The notes beneath the pieces are model-generated. The model ran no database searches. It worked only from the letters and a program-made list of their open reading frames with translations, and was not told the origin of the DNA. 34,199 nt of DNA from Malacoraja senta. Its lineage: Eukaryota. Below, piece after piece: positions 20,306 to 33,150 of the stretch. Location: the NCBI GenBank assembly GCA_038087875.1, contig CM075978.1, positions 164,205,802-164,240,000 of the forward strand, in the 5' to 3' direction. The translations under genes and the position numbers were made by a program. Positions within the stretch are counted from its first letter, which is position 1; each line of letters opens with the position of its first letter.

Positions 20306-23300
20306 TGCTACATTTATGAAGGATTGAGATTAACTTGATGAATCATGTACTAAATAGGAGCAGAATATATTGTGTGTCAGTGTTCCATCTTTTGACATTT
20401 CCAAAACAGAAGTTGGAGCATTGAGACAAGAGGGAATAGGTTGTCGTGTTCAGATATTGACGTATCATTAAAATATATTGACTGTTAATTACATATATCA
20501 TTCAATGCAGAGGAAGAACAAAGACCAACTGTGCCTTCTTTTACAAGTTAAATGTTTTCTGAAGAGGGAAATGATACTTGGTATCAAACCAAAGATGTGG
20601 CACGCCATGGAAGGTCAAATAGACAACATGACTAGACCCAAATCAATGGGAAACACACAATTAGTTTGGCCTCGTAGTGAGGAAAGAAAACAGTACATCA
20701 GTAATTTCAACAGTGTAGGAAAAATACTACAGTCCTGTAATTTATAATTTTTCTTCAAGATTATGGTTGGCATTCAATTATTAGAAAATATTGCATCACT
20801 TGACTTATTTTGTTTTTATTAAACAGGTTGTATCATAGGATTGAGTTGAAAATTAAAAGTATTCACAGCATGATATTTAGTTAGTACCAGCCACATCAAA
20901 AGGTTCAATGTTTCAAGTAAATTAAGTTCAGAATACCAAGCACTTTTTGTTTGTATTTATAAGTCTATGAAGCATTATGTTAAAGCATGCGGATTCTTTC
21001 CTTTTGATGAAAAATTGTATGGAAGTTTTTTTTCCATATAGCTTAACTTATGCAGGCAGGCTTGTTGAACTCCAATTGCCCTCTGAAGGAAACATTAATC
21101 TAGAGTATAAAACTGCCTCAGTATTAATTATGTGCATTTGACCTTTGATGAGGCACATCCGGTATCTGCAAAGAGAGATTTTGGTTAATTTATTCAGCGT
21201 CACCTACTTTTCCTGCCTATTACTAAAATGTTCTCTATTAACCAAATGTAGAGGATTCCATTTGTGGCTTGTAACGTATTTCCCGATAATATTTCTTTTT
21301 TTCTTACCAAAATTAATTTAAATACCAGCCTTTTGTGAGATTTGAAAAACTCTGGCTTACCTCCTCCTAAGTAAAAAGGTCACTGTATATGTACTACCAC
21401 TTCCAAAGACCCCATTTGCACACTGTGACTAGTATTTGAGACAGTCTATCAGGAAATTTCTGCAGTGCAGGCATTTAAGAAAACTAGATTTGTATCTTCA
21501 ATGGAACCACAAATCACAAAAAGATAAATAATTTATTAAAAATCTGACTTAGTCAGGAAAAAAACTGCTATACCATTTTTGTAGTGTAGTAATGCATAAA
21601 AATGTCTGTAGTGCCACTTTACATAGCAATCATTGCTTTTTATTTCTGCAGTAAATATTTGCTATTATTTTCATCAGAAACAGAACAGCTTTAGGCTATT
21701 GTCCAATGTACATTCTCCTTTTAAATGTACTATATAATTCCGTTGTGAATGTATATTTGATGTTAAATCCAAAAGTTTGCAATGAATCCAGTCATAGTAG
21801 TAGTAGTGGAAAATAAAATACAGAAAGTTCTTATATGTTTTCATGTTTTGTCATTCCATAATTTTTGCTATTTTTGGAATTTTAAGGATGACAATAGTTG
21901 AGATGTATGTGTCAATGGCTGATCAGTACTGACAGGTTGCTGTGAATGAGGTTTTTGTTTCTATTAAACTAAGTTTAATGTGAGAAGTACATATATAAAC
22001 ATTTCTAGTGTGCCTTTACCTGAAGTGCATCACTTCTACAAGTATAACCTCATAAATGTCAAAATCATTGTTAAACACGGGACAGAAAAATGTTACATTT
22101 TTCTTTGAAAACTATTCTCAACTGTTCTGGATAATTACCATTAATATTAATTTCCACTAATTTTAGTTATACAAAATGTCATTGTGCTAAGATAATGCTT
22201 GTTCCATGCATTTTTAAAATGAAGTTAAGAACTGCATCTTTGTTGATTTTCATGAACAGAGTGAATTTTCATCTTTTAGTGCCACTCTTCAAAATATTGT
22301 ATGGTTTGGGTCATTCTCTACAGAAATTAATGTAGACAATTTTAAAAAGGTTATGTACATCAGTTCTAATTTGAATGTTAATGTTAAGATAATGCACTTC
22401 TGAAATTATGATTCAGTCATTCATCATTCCTGTTGAATCTTGAAAAAACGACTGACATTATTCAAATCATCCAAACCAAAGAGTTCTCTGGGAGGCAATG
22501 TACTGCCATAGAAAAAAACTATTGGACAATAAATAGATGAAATATTAGACTATTGCATATGTAAGAATCCATCAGGCAAACACTGGAGGATAGACAGTAA
22601 GGAACAAATGCAATAATGGAAACAAGAAACAAATTCAAAATGCAGGAAATACACAGTATGCGGGATAATAAATACCCGGTCTACATTTTCAGTATTTTCT
22701 GCTTTCTAACATATATTACTTACGTTTTTTCTAGTCCAGTTTTCATTATATCTATTTTTCAATATTCTATTTTAAAACTGCAATTGGGTTACAAAAACAG
22801 CATTTGATTCAATCATTTTACAGTTGCTACCAGTAATTACTTTATTGAGCTGAATGACTTCAAATTGGTTAGTAGGATTTGTCTTATTTATATTTTTGTA
22901 ATTCCTTTCTCTATCTATTGTGTTACATAACTTTGGATTAATCATTTTCTAGTTATGGTGTTTTAACAGTTACATTTTGAATGGATTCATTTTTTACCTT
23001 ATGATTGAAATCTTTGCAGAATGAAAAGTAGGTCAGTGGATACAATTTGTGCTATTTCCAGAAACTGATAATTTGTTGTATTTATTTCTGAAAAATATGA
23101 GCCATGTTGAATTTTATTTCCATTGCTTTCTTTTAAAAAAAAACTGGAAATACATTTGAACGTCATTGGAACAGTCAAGTTATGCTAAAGTGTTTCTGAA
23201 ATTCATTTGCGTTAAAAGTGACTAATCCTGGTTGATGCTGGATACAATCAGTTTGAGTTTACTTTGCAGCATTGCAGTATGGCGTTTTATGTAGTTTTAT

Positions 23301-23884
23301 GCTCTTTAAAAAAAAGTGAAACAGCTCTAAACATTGTGAATTTTGCTTTTTTTTGTCAATTATTTAACATATGCATATAAATAAATTCACATATCTGCAT
23401 TTCTGTTGTAATGTGTTAGTAATATAATTTGCTAAAATGGTGTTAACTGCTAGCAGTTATAGAACCTTAAATGCCATAACATTTGTGCATTGGGTAAGGA
23501 TGATTGCATGAATAAAATTGTACCATGTAAGCTTCATGATAAAGGTACCTAATTTACCATGAGGCACAAGAGATTCCTCTACGTGTGCACCCCAAAATTA
23601 CCTTGTATGAAGCACCATATTTTCCTGTCAATTAGATCAAGCATATTGCACAAGGGCCAGAATATAATTCAGTCAAGTGTTGTACATCATGCATCTGTTT
23701 GGTAGATTTACATTTATTTGAACTGCTCCAAAACTGATCCTTAAGGACCGTGCTATTCTCTAATCTAATTTCTAAAAATAATATAAAGAATATCTTTAGG
23801 GGCCAAGTTTAAAGTGGTCTTTTTTTGTATTTTATATTAGTTTTCACTTTAGCATCAAATAATTCAGCAATCTTTCTTTTTCTT

Positions 23885-24125
23885 GCCACACAACCTCAAT
23901 GACCCGAGTCTTACTCTGACCTGTGGTGTTCTATGCTCAGGGTTTGCATGTTCTCCCTGACAACGTGCTGGCTGCTTCAATTTCCACTCATATCTCGAAG
24001 GAAGGCTAGAAGGTCAATTGGTAGCTGCAAGTTATCCTTAGTAGAGTTGGCAGTAGAAACAGGGTGAAGTTGACAGATGTGCGAGAGAATAGATTGCAAG
24101 GAAGTAAGTGGAAACTATGACTTTT
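23885..24125 (+). mobile_element. Degenerate V-SINE
   Basis: GTTTGCATGTTCTCCCTG V-domain remnant. Confidence 0.5.
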
Positions 24126-24134
24126 CCGAAAGCT

Positions 24135-24658
24135 GGCATAGATTCGATAGGAGGCAGCATGGAAACAGGCCCTTCAACCTAACTTGCCCTTGCCGACCAA
24201 GAAGCTCCATCTTTACTAGTCCAATCTGCCCGCGTTTGGCTCATATCCCTCTAAAGCTTTCCTGTCCGTGTACATTCAAATGTATTTTAAATGTTGAAAT
24301 GGTGCCTACCTCAGCTCCCTCCCCTAGCAGCTTGTTCCATATACCCACCATACTGTGTGAAAAAGCTGCCACTCAGGTTCCTATTAAATGTTTCCTCTCT
24401 CACCTTAAACCCATGTCTTCTGCTTCTTGATTCACCTACTCTGTGTAAATCTGTTCATTCACCCCATCTATTCCCCTCATGATCTTATGCACCTCTATGA
24501 GATTACCCATTAACCTTCTGAGTTCCAATGAATAAAGTCCTAGTCTGTCTTGCCTCTTCCTATAGCTCAGGGCCTTAAGTCCTGGCAACATCGTCGTAAA
24601 TCTTCTCCTCACTCTTTCCAGCTTAACATCTTTCCCATAGCAGGGTGACAAAAACGGA
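24135..24658 (-). mobile_element. CR1-like LINE 3' end
   Basis: KDVKLERVRRRFTTMLPGL...LGLYSLELRRLMGNLIEVHKIMRGID and CR1 tail. Confidence 0.88.
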
Positions 24659-24659
24659 A

Positions 24660-25678
24660 CCTTCATAGAGCTGGCCGCCCAGCCAAACTGAGCAATTGGG
24701 GGAGAAGGGCCTTGGTCAGGGAGGTGACTCTGACAGAGGTCCAAAGTTCCTCTGTGGAGATTGGAGAAACTGCCAGAAGAACAACTATATCTACAGCACT
24801 CCACCAATCAGGCCTTTATGGTAGTGGCCAGACGGAAGCCACTCCTCAGTAAAAGGCACATGACAGCCCAGTAAAAGGCACCTAAACAAGATTCTCTGGT
24901 CTGATGAAACCAAGATTGAACTCTTTGGCCTGAATGCCAAGTGTCACGTCTGGTGGAAACCTGGCACCGCTCATTACCTGGCCAATACTATACCTACGGT
25001 GAAGCATGGTGGTGGCAGCATCATGCTGTGGGGATGTTTTTCAGCGGCAGGAACTGGGAGACTAGTCAGGATCGAGGGAAAGATGAATGGAGCAAAGTAT
25101 AGAGAGATATTTGATAAAAACCTGCTCCAGAGCGTTCTGGACCTCAGACTGGAGCGGAGGTTCACCTTCCAACAGGACAACCACCCTAAGCACACAGCCA
25201 AGACAACGCAGGAGTGGCTTCGTGACAAGTCTGTGAATGTCCTTGAGTGGCACAGCCAGCACCCGGACTTGAACCCAATGGAATTTCTCTAGAGGGACCT
25301 GAAATAGCTGTACATCGACGCTCCCCATCCAACCTGACAGAGCTGGAGAGGATCTGCAGAGAAGAATGGGAGAAATTACCCAAATACAGGTGTGCCAAGC
25401 TTGTAGCGTCATACCCAAGAAGACTTGAGGCTGTAATCGCTGCCAAAGGTGCCTCAACAAAGTACTGAGTAAAGGGTCTGATTATTTATGCAAATGTGAT
25501 ACTTCAGTTATTTATTTTTAATTACTTTGCAAAAATTTGTAAACACCCATTTTTGCTTTTTTATTATGGGGTATTGTGTGTAGATTGATCATTAAAAATG
25601 AATTTAATCCATTTTAGAATAAGGCTGTAGCGTAACTAAAAGTGGAAAAAGTGGTCTGAATACTTTCTAAATGCACTG
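24660..25678 (+). mobile_element. Tc1 (DD34E) transposon, 5' part missing, transposase disrupted
   Basis: [12 protein letters not shown]; [13 protein letters not shown]; FQQDNHPKH; PDLNPME; ...AAKGASTKY*; ~200-bp right IR with two GGTCTGA direct repeats, ending CACTG|TA. Confidence 0.93.
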
Positions 25679-25684
25679 TAAATA

Positions 25685-26135
25685 TAGGACACAGAACAGC
25701 ACGACACGGGAATAGGCCCTTTCGGCCCACTAAGTCCATGCCATACATTATGCCAAGTTAAACTTATCTTCTCTGCCTGCACATGGTTCATGCGTTCCCT
25801 GCATATCTATGTGCCTATCTAAAAGCTTCTTAAAAAACCCTTTGGTATCTGCCTTCACCACCACACCGGGTAGCATGTTCCAGCCACTCCTAATTCTCTG
25901 TAAAAAAAACTTGCCCTGCGCATCTTTGAAATTTGCCTCTCTCTCCTTAAAGCCATGACCTCAAGTCTTTAACATTTCCACCCTGGGAAAAAGGTTCTAT
26001 GTCTATCCAATCTATGCCTCTTATAATATTATGTAGTTCTACCAGGTGTCCCCATAGCATCTGACCTGCCAGAGAAAGCAATACAAGTTTGTTCAACCTC
26101 TCTTTATGGCTAATACCCTCTAATCCAGGCATAGA
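25685..26135 (-). mobile_element. CR1-like LINE 3' end
   Basis: MPGLEGISHKERLNKL...IIRGID and tail GGGCCGAAAGGGCCTATTCCCGTG. Confidence 0.8.
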
Positions 26136-26902
26136 TTGTTGATGAGCATTAAGAGTATAAATGACCACAAAGAGAGTTTTGCAAATTGCAACAAGTGTTA
26201 TATTTCAGCATCTAAAATAATGAAAAATGTGTTAATATTGGAATGTGCATGAAAAATTAAGAATATTTAATTTCCCCCCGCATAGTTTGGTCAGAGCAAT
26301 TATCTACTAAACAAAGCCCATGAAATATGAATCTCATTTCATTTCAACCAGTTGATGGGAATGTTGGAAGATTAGGATGGGATTGGTTTAATAATGGATG
26401 AGATGTTCATCAGAGGTTTGTTTCCATGCTGTATCGCTCGATGACTAACACATAAAAACTGTTTGAAATAACGGCTTAAAATATGCATAACAGCATTTAA
26501 ACAGCATTTAATCTTAACAGAAGTTATATTAAATGTTAGTCCATCAAAATATCACACATGCTTACTTTTCTTTTTAGTACAAATATTGTATACATTGATA
26601 AGTACACCAATTCCAGAATGTCCAGTTAATAAAGATACATTTCTAGAACTTATCGTGAAAGTAACATCAGAAACCAACCAAAACCCACATTTGCCCTTCA
26701 TCTGAAGAGTTACAACAGTTTGATAAAAGTTTAAAGAGTTGTCCCAACCCCTTTATCTATTGGTCTAAGCTTTGTTGCATTAAATACATTTTGAACATTT
26801 ACACTGAACTAACAAAGAGCTCCTAACAGTTTGAAATCACATCGATGTATGCACATATGAATTTTTAAGTTATGCATCAAACTGAGAAGATGATTGATTG
26901 GA

Positions 26903-27145
26903 CTGATTCGTACTGGAGTTGGGCGTTTCAATGCCAGCATGTGGAGATGGGGCCAGAGCCCAGCCTGTGAATGCGGAGCAGAACAACAGACAGCCAACCG
27001 TGGCATCTCTGGGTGCCCGCTCTACCACCCACCAAATGGAACTCAGGGCCTGGCAGACATTGACACAGAGACAACAACCTGGCTGCTCAACACCCGGCTT
27101 GAGATCTAACTATTCCTTTGGTTTATGTTTAATTCGCAAGAAGAA
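26903..27145 (+). mobile_element. 5'-truncated Vingi/Ingi-like (or RTE-X) non-LTR retrotransposon
   Basis: RTGVGRF...WRWG...CECG...QTA...CP...WL C-terminus, (AAG)3 tail, TSD GATTGATTGGA at 26892-26902 and 27146-27156. Confidence 0.75.
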
Positions 27146-28269
27146 GATTGATTGGAACCCGTTTCTGCAGTGCAGTTGGTTAATGCATTCAGCATTGAAC
27201 CAAAAGGATGGTGAATGAGCTCACCAAGATCAGGCATTGATTTGTGGGTGGCACAATGATGCAGTGCTAATACTGCTGGCCTGTAGCTCCAGTGGCCCAG
27301 CTTTAATCCCGATTTCCAGCATTGTGTGTACAATTTTCACATTTTTCCTGTAAACAGGTGGATTTTGAATAGATGGATTTCACAGAGTTACCTCCCACAT
27401 CTCAGAGTCCTGCTGGCCAGTAGTTTAATTGTTTGTAGAAATATAGTCTGTGGTGAAGGTGGGTGGTTGGGGCATCAGGATTGAATTGGGGGGCACAAGA
27501 GAGAATAGGTTGCAGGGAAATAAACTGGGGAAATGGATCAAATAGTAATGTACTGCAGAGCCAACGTTGTTTTTGGTTATTGTAAACATATAAATGAGAG
27601 GTTACTTATCAAAAAGCCATCCAATCCTTTGATTATGGGCATCACATTCCCATCCAGAAAATTGGTTTCAAGTTTCTCAACAGACTTTAATACCCTAATC
27701 CAATAGCTCAGAGTAGCTCCAAACACATATCAAATTGCTGCAGCTTTTGTTTGCTCAGTTAATAATCTTATGCGACCAATGAAAATAAATCTTTTCCTGA
27801 TCAACATTCTTTCTCCAACCAAAACAGAGATGAAAAATAATTAAACTCTTGACTGTTCGCAGAATGCTACTAGTATAATTGTCCATTTGTTTATTCGCAC
27901 TGCACACCAAATAATCTATTATCAGAAGCACTCCTGTATGTTAAAGTGTTATATAGAAGTACTATCTCTTTCATGGAGAATTATGTGCAATGACAATAGC
28001 ATTAACCTAACTTGAATTTAACCTTCAAACCATTCAAATGTTTTCACTTAAATCTCAGTATGAAGAATAAGAATAATTATGAATATATCAATGAATTAAA
28101 AAGAAATTAAGTTAATATTGTATTCTATTTGTTACCCATTCATTCAGCTTTTTAGAGAGAGATTGTATTAGTTTCCTTAAGTTTGTCATTAACTTTTCTT
28201 TATTTTTCTATATCTACATAAACAAGTGTTCATTATAAAAGAGACAAAATCCAAAGCAATAACAGCTTC

Positions 28270-28750
28270 AAACAAGTGGAATATTCTCTTTTTACTTGGA
28301 TGAATGCAGCTCTGTCAACTCTTAAGAAGTCTAATATCATCCAGGGCAAAGTCTATCAATCGACTGGTACCGAATCAACCAACCTATGCATTCATTGCCG
28401 CTGCCACTGGCTCACTAAGGATGCAGTGTGTACCATCTATGTAATGCATTGCAGTTAGTCATTCGGCCACTATGACAGCCCCAAACCCTTCTACTGTAAA
28501 CAAAAGCAGCAGGTACAACGGAACACCAATGACTGCAGGCTTCCCTCCAGATTGTACCCTATGCTGCATTTGAAACACAGACCCTTCATTGTCACAGTCT
28601 AAATTCTGGATCTCCTTACCCCGAAATGCTATGGATGTCCCTTGACATGAGGAACTGCAGTAATGCAAGTCCCACCACCTTCTCAGCAGTAGCTAGAGAT
28701 TAATGATAAATGCTGTCCTTGCCAACCATGCCCAGATCCAAAATAAAAAT
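28270..28750 (+). mobile_element. Old CR1/L2-group LINE 3' end with a SacSINE-type tail
   Basis: EYS...WM...L..IQ remnant; tail ATAAATGCTGTCCTTGCCAACCATGCCCAGATCC plus A-rich end. Confidence 0.55.
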
Positions 28751-29488
28751 TGTTTCTCCCTTAGAGAGGTCAAACTAGTTTCTTATTTAGAACATGTTCT
28801 GAAAGGCAAGGATATTTCTCAACTTATCATAAACCATCTTATACGTTGTAAGATCAGGTTATTTAGCTCTCAACCTACTCCAGTATTCCACATATCTCTC
28901 CTTGTCTTGATGTTAAACTATAAAAGGCAGCAATTAAAAGTCACTTGGACAGGTACATGAAGAGGAAAGGTTTAGAGGGATATGGGCCAAATGCGAGCAA
29001 ATAGAACTGGCTTAGATGGGGCATTGCAGTTGGAATGGATGAGATTCTGTATAATTGTCTCTGATGTAATCTGATGAAGGATGAAATAAGACTACATTCC
29101 TCTTTGAGATCTACTTCTTTGCTTCTTGGCACTTTCTCAGCATAATTCTTGACTGCTTTCCCATTCTCCTTTATTCCAACAATCAAAAAGATATAACTAA
29201 ATAGCACAACACCCCCTGATACACCCATTGCTAAAAAACAAACTAATCCCACAACCTAATGACTACCTCACCTCTCTATTTGTGAGACAAGTCACCAACA
29301 AGAAAAGATAATTGCCTTCTTCTGCCCCCAACATTTCTTCCCACAAATTTATGGGAGAGCTAAAAGTAGTTGACTACATTAATCTCAGGCTTCCAGTGGC
29401 AACTAACTCCCCTTTTACATGAAAATATATGTTTTCTATTTTTTATAAACCTGTGTCAATTTCAGTAGAGTATTAGGTGCATGAAATA

Positions 29489-30587
29489 TTATGCAGATAC
29501 TACTGGAAGCCAAGACATGATAACAATCAACAGCAACATTAAAAATACGACATCCCACATAAAGCGTCTAATGTTGTACATGGATAATTTCCGCCCGTGA
29601 CCACGGGTTTTGAACCACTCCACTATTTCTTTCAAGCTATGTTCTTGAGGGTTGTACCCCAGATCTTTTCTAGCCTTCTGTATGCTGAAATAATGCGTGA
29701 CGCCGGTTTTATAGACTTCCGTTCGGGTCAGAAATGGTTGAAAATTGTAAATGCGGCCGATAAAACAGTGAACTATTTCAGTTAGGAAAGCAAAGTAATA
29801 GATGAGCGAGAGTGGCAATCTAATTGTGGGATACTTGTAGCCAAGGCCTTCAACCAGTGGTTTGAAAAATTCAAAGTTGTTGACTGGTTTGCCATCAGAG
29901 ATGAAATAAGCTTGGCCTGCTGCTATGTAATTTTTTCGTCCTGTTAAAGCTTCTGATGCCAGTACTTGTGCAGAAACAAGGTTGTCAACGTGGACGAACT
30001 CCACCAGGCAATCTGCGGCACCATATACAAACTTGAATAGGCCATTCTCCACGTAATTAACTATCCTTGGAAGGTGTCTCTGCTCACCTGGTCCATAGAT
30101 ACCTGCTGGCCGCAGGGCACATGTCCGTAAAACACCAGAGCCTTTCTTGTGCTTTGTGCAATTTGCGTGCAGCACCTTCATCTCAGCTAAAGATTTAGTC
30201 CTTGAGTAGTGATCTGGGTGAAGATGCAGAGGAAGATATGGCAGCGATTCATCTCCATTTTTAATTACTTGGCCCCCAAACACAACATTGTACGTACTTG
30301 TGTAAAGAAGTCTTGGTACTTCATTCCACAGACATGCTTTGATAACATTATCCGTTCCTTTTAGATTTACATCATCTATCAGCTTTATATTTAGCTGTTC
30401 CCTACCAGACATGCCATAAGAAGCTAAATGGAAAACACAGTCTACATTCCTGAATGCAGTCTCCACCTCCAGGTAGTTGCAGATATCTCCCTTTATAAAG
30501 CTTACTGTATCAGGCACTTCCACTAAAGGACTGTGGATGTCAAACAGAATCACCTTTAGGCCCATCTTCTGCAGGGTGCAGCCAAGT
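29489..30587 (-). CDS. SDR42E1: Short-chain dehydrogenase/reductase 42E1 (3-beta-HSD-like), large last coding exon
   Basis: ttttag|A CTT GGC TGC; CVFHLASYGMSGREQL, YTSTYNVVFGG, catalytic YSRTK, LRPAGIYGPGEQRHLPR, C-terminal TM helix; near-identical to recalled SDR42E1. Confidence 0.97.
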
Positions 30588-31137
30588 CTAAAATGTAAAA
30601 GATAAAAGGCAGCTTAAATTTTTTTGCTAACAATAGTTCATTGTTATATTAGATAATTAACATTGGATAGAACAGATACTAATAAAGGTTCACCACTGAT
30701 ATTCTGGCACCCTTGGGTCTAGAGCCTTGCCACATTATCCATTTCGCCAGACCAACAGGGGTCACGTAATAATGATACAATACACCTCTGACCCACTAAT
30801 TATACCCCTCCCAAGACTCAAAAGCTAGAAACTTAAATAAAACAAATATTAAATGTAAATTAATTTTACGGCTAAAATTGCATTTCTTGCACCAGTCAAC
30901 GAGCTGCCCTCAGAAGATCCGATGAGGGCCGAATCGGCATCTGCCCATGCGGCCATGGGACCACCTTCTCGGCAGAATCACGGGGCCGAACCCCACCAAG
31001 CTGAGAATTGCCGAATCTGCTGAAATTACGGCTAGACACTTAAAAAGTTACTACTAACTTCACTTTCAAACAGTACTTTAAGTATTTCTCCATTAAGTAA
31101 TTACAATTTAATTCACATGTACCATGAAGGACCTTAC

Positions 31138-31211
31138 CTACATCCTAGATAACCTCCCCCGCCAGTTATCAGCATAGTTTTGGATGCTGTGATCTCTTCT
31201 GATGTCTCCAT
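31138..31211 (-). CDS. SDR42E1: SDR42E1 first coding exon (NAD-binding TGGxGxxG)
   Basis: METSEEITASKTMLITGGGGYLGC-AG|gtaagg; phase 2 joins 30587 to give 390 aa; exon acceptor ttttcaacag| at 31244. Confidence 0.95.
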
Positions 31212-32167
31212 TTCTTTAGATTCGACGTCCAAACGTATAGTGCGCTGTTGAAAATAAAATATAAATATGACACCTCTGAAGATTAAAATAATTTACAATA
31301 TTACATACTGATGAAGAAAGCAACTTACCTATAAGTTGGCTTTTGGATTCATTGCAGGGAAGTGGGGGAGGGATCGGTGGTCATTAAGAATGGACTTTGC
31401 CCTTTCCAAAGTCAGTTTATCAGCTCCAGAGGATTTCTAACAACAAGCAACAAAACATCATCATCATCAGTCTAACAGTAAATTATATTTATGAGTTCTT
31501 ACAAACAACAAACCAGAACCAAAGAGGAAAGCAAAACACATTTTAAAAATAACTTTTTTAACATTTCATAGAAAACAAAACAAATTTGGATATACAAAAG
31601 ATAGAAGTAGAAATACAAGGATTCTTCTTTGTACAATTAACTTCATTGCATACAAATGGAAAATTGACTTATTTAATACCGTAAATAAAAACATGTCCTG
31701 TGTGTGCCCATTATCTTCATTCAGTGCCATGCATCTTGTGAAAAGGAGCTGGCAATGACAATTCTCAGCTTCAGCACTTACTGTAATCATAACACTATAT
31801 TCAATCCATAGTTCACAATCTTCCAATGTCCCCTGATATCACTGGTCTTCAGGTATGGCAGTGATATCAGGATCCTGCTGTAAAACATATTCGCTTAAAA
31901 CTTCTGAATGGCAAAAAATACTTATTTTAAAAACATACTCTTTGAATTCTTCTGTTTAACTAAGAATAGCAAACATGGAAGAATAGTAATCTGATTTTTT
32001 TGTAATGCGTTAATGAAATGTCTATTCCAGTTTCAACTGAAATGATCATTGTTAGATCAGAAATGGTTAGAGTACATTGACATATAGGCTGGAAACAAAT
32101 CAATGGTAGGTAAACTTGTGGATGCCACAAAACAGGCAAGACTGCCACTTGGGAGGAGGTTTTGTTT

Positions 32168-32270
32168 ACATAGAACACAGAAACATAGAAAACAGATGCA
32201 GGAGTAGGCCATTCGGCCCTTCGAGCCTGCACCGCCATTCAATATGATCATGGCTGATCATCCAACTCAG
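32168..32270 (-). mobile_element. CR1/HER1 3' tail, young
   Basis: Nearly identical to 15625-15712. Confidence 0.85.
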
Positions 32271-32619
32271 TTTACACAGAGATCTTATCTAAGTTGGCAA
32301 AAGGAGTACAATGTGGAAAAATGTTAAATTATAGTAAACCCTTGTTATTAAAGATGACTTTATAACAGATTTTGGTTGCAGCAGACTATCTTTTTAAAAA
32401 CACAGGCTGCTCGTTACACTGCGGAGACTTGAAATCGACATGGTATTGAAATTGAGATGGCATTGAAATTGACAAGCAATCGCTTCCATCAACACTGAAC
32501 TCTATTAAACAATATATTTTGTATTTTTAGCTTGCAGTAACAAATATACATTTTTAGCTGTATTTTTAGCTAAAAAGAACTTTGTATTTGATAATGTTAT
32601 TTCACGGAGTGAAGTTAGA

Positions 32620-33120
32620 TTATAGAGACTAAGATCGTGGAAACAGGCTTAGTTATTGGACAACATATTGGACTACACTGGTCCCACCTGCCTGTGTTTG
32701 GCTCATAGCCCTCTAAACATGTCCTATCCATGAATCTATCCAAATGTTTCTTAAAAGTCGAGTCCTAGCCTCACCCTCGTAAATCTTCTCTGCACCCTTT
32801 CCAGCTTGCACAAAAATGAACAGAATCCTCGAAATATAGCCTCACTTACGTCTTATGCAACTATATGTCCTGCCAACTTCTATACTCAATGCTCGGACTG
32901 ATGGCCAATATGCAAAAAGCCTTTTTGACCACCTCTTCTACCCATGATGCCATTTTCAACAAACGATTTACCTGCACTCCTAGATCCTCTGCTCTACAAT
33001 TCCCCAGAGCCCTACTGTTCATTCTGTGTAGGTTCTGCCCATGTTAATGCTCCCAAAATGTAACACCTCACATTTCTCAGTATTAAATTCAATCAACCAT
33101 TCCTCTGCCCACTGTCCAAT
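32620..33120 (-). mobile_element. CR1-like LINE 3' fragment with deletions
   Basis: CGTAAATCTTCTCTGCACCCTTTCCAGC shared with the 24135-24658 copy. Confidence 0.7.
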
Positions 33121-33150
33121 ACTGAGAGTCAAGCGGGAGAGACAGACTAG

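Larger units (their letters stand above)
19122..23535 (+). other. PLCG2: Probable long PLCG2 3' UTR
   Basis: AT/U-rich and nearly repeat-free from ~20300; AATAAA at ~23380 and 23511-23516, after which repeats resume; true end unknown. Confidence 0.5.

Noticed and set aside
28941-29252. Hydrophobic 103-aa ORF as an HSD17B2-like N-terminus
   Set aside because: No convincing motif; non-ATG start; runs into a CR1 fragment; probably SDR42E1 3' UTR
30685-31040. Possible DNA-transposon remnant in the SDR42E1 intron
   Set aside because: No matching TIR pair or TSD could be established
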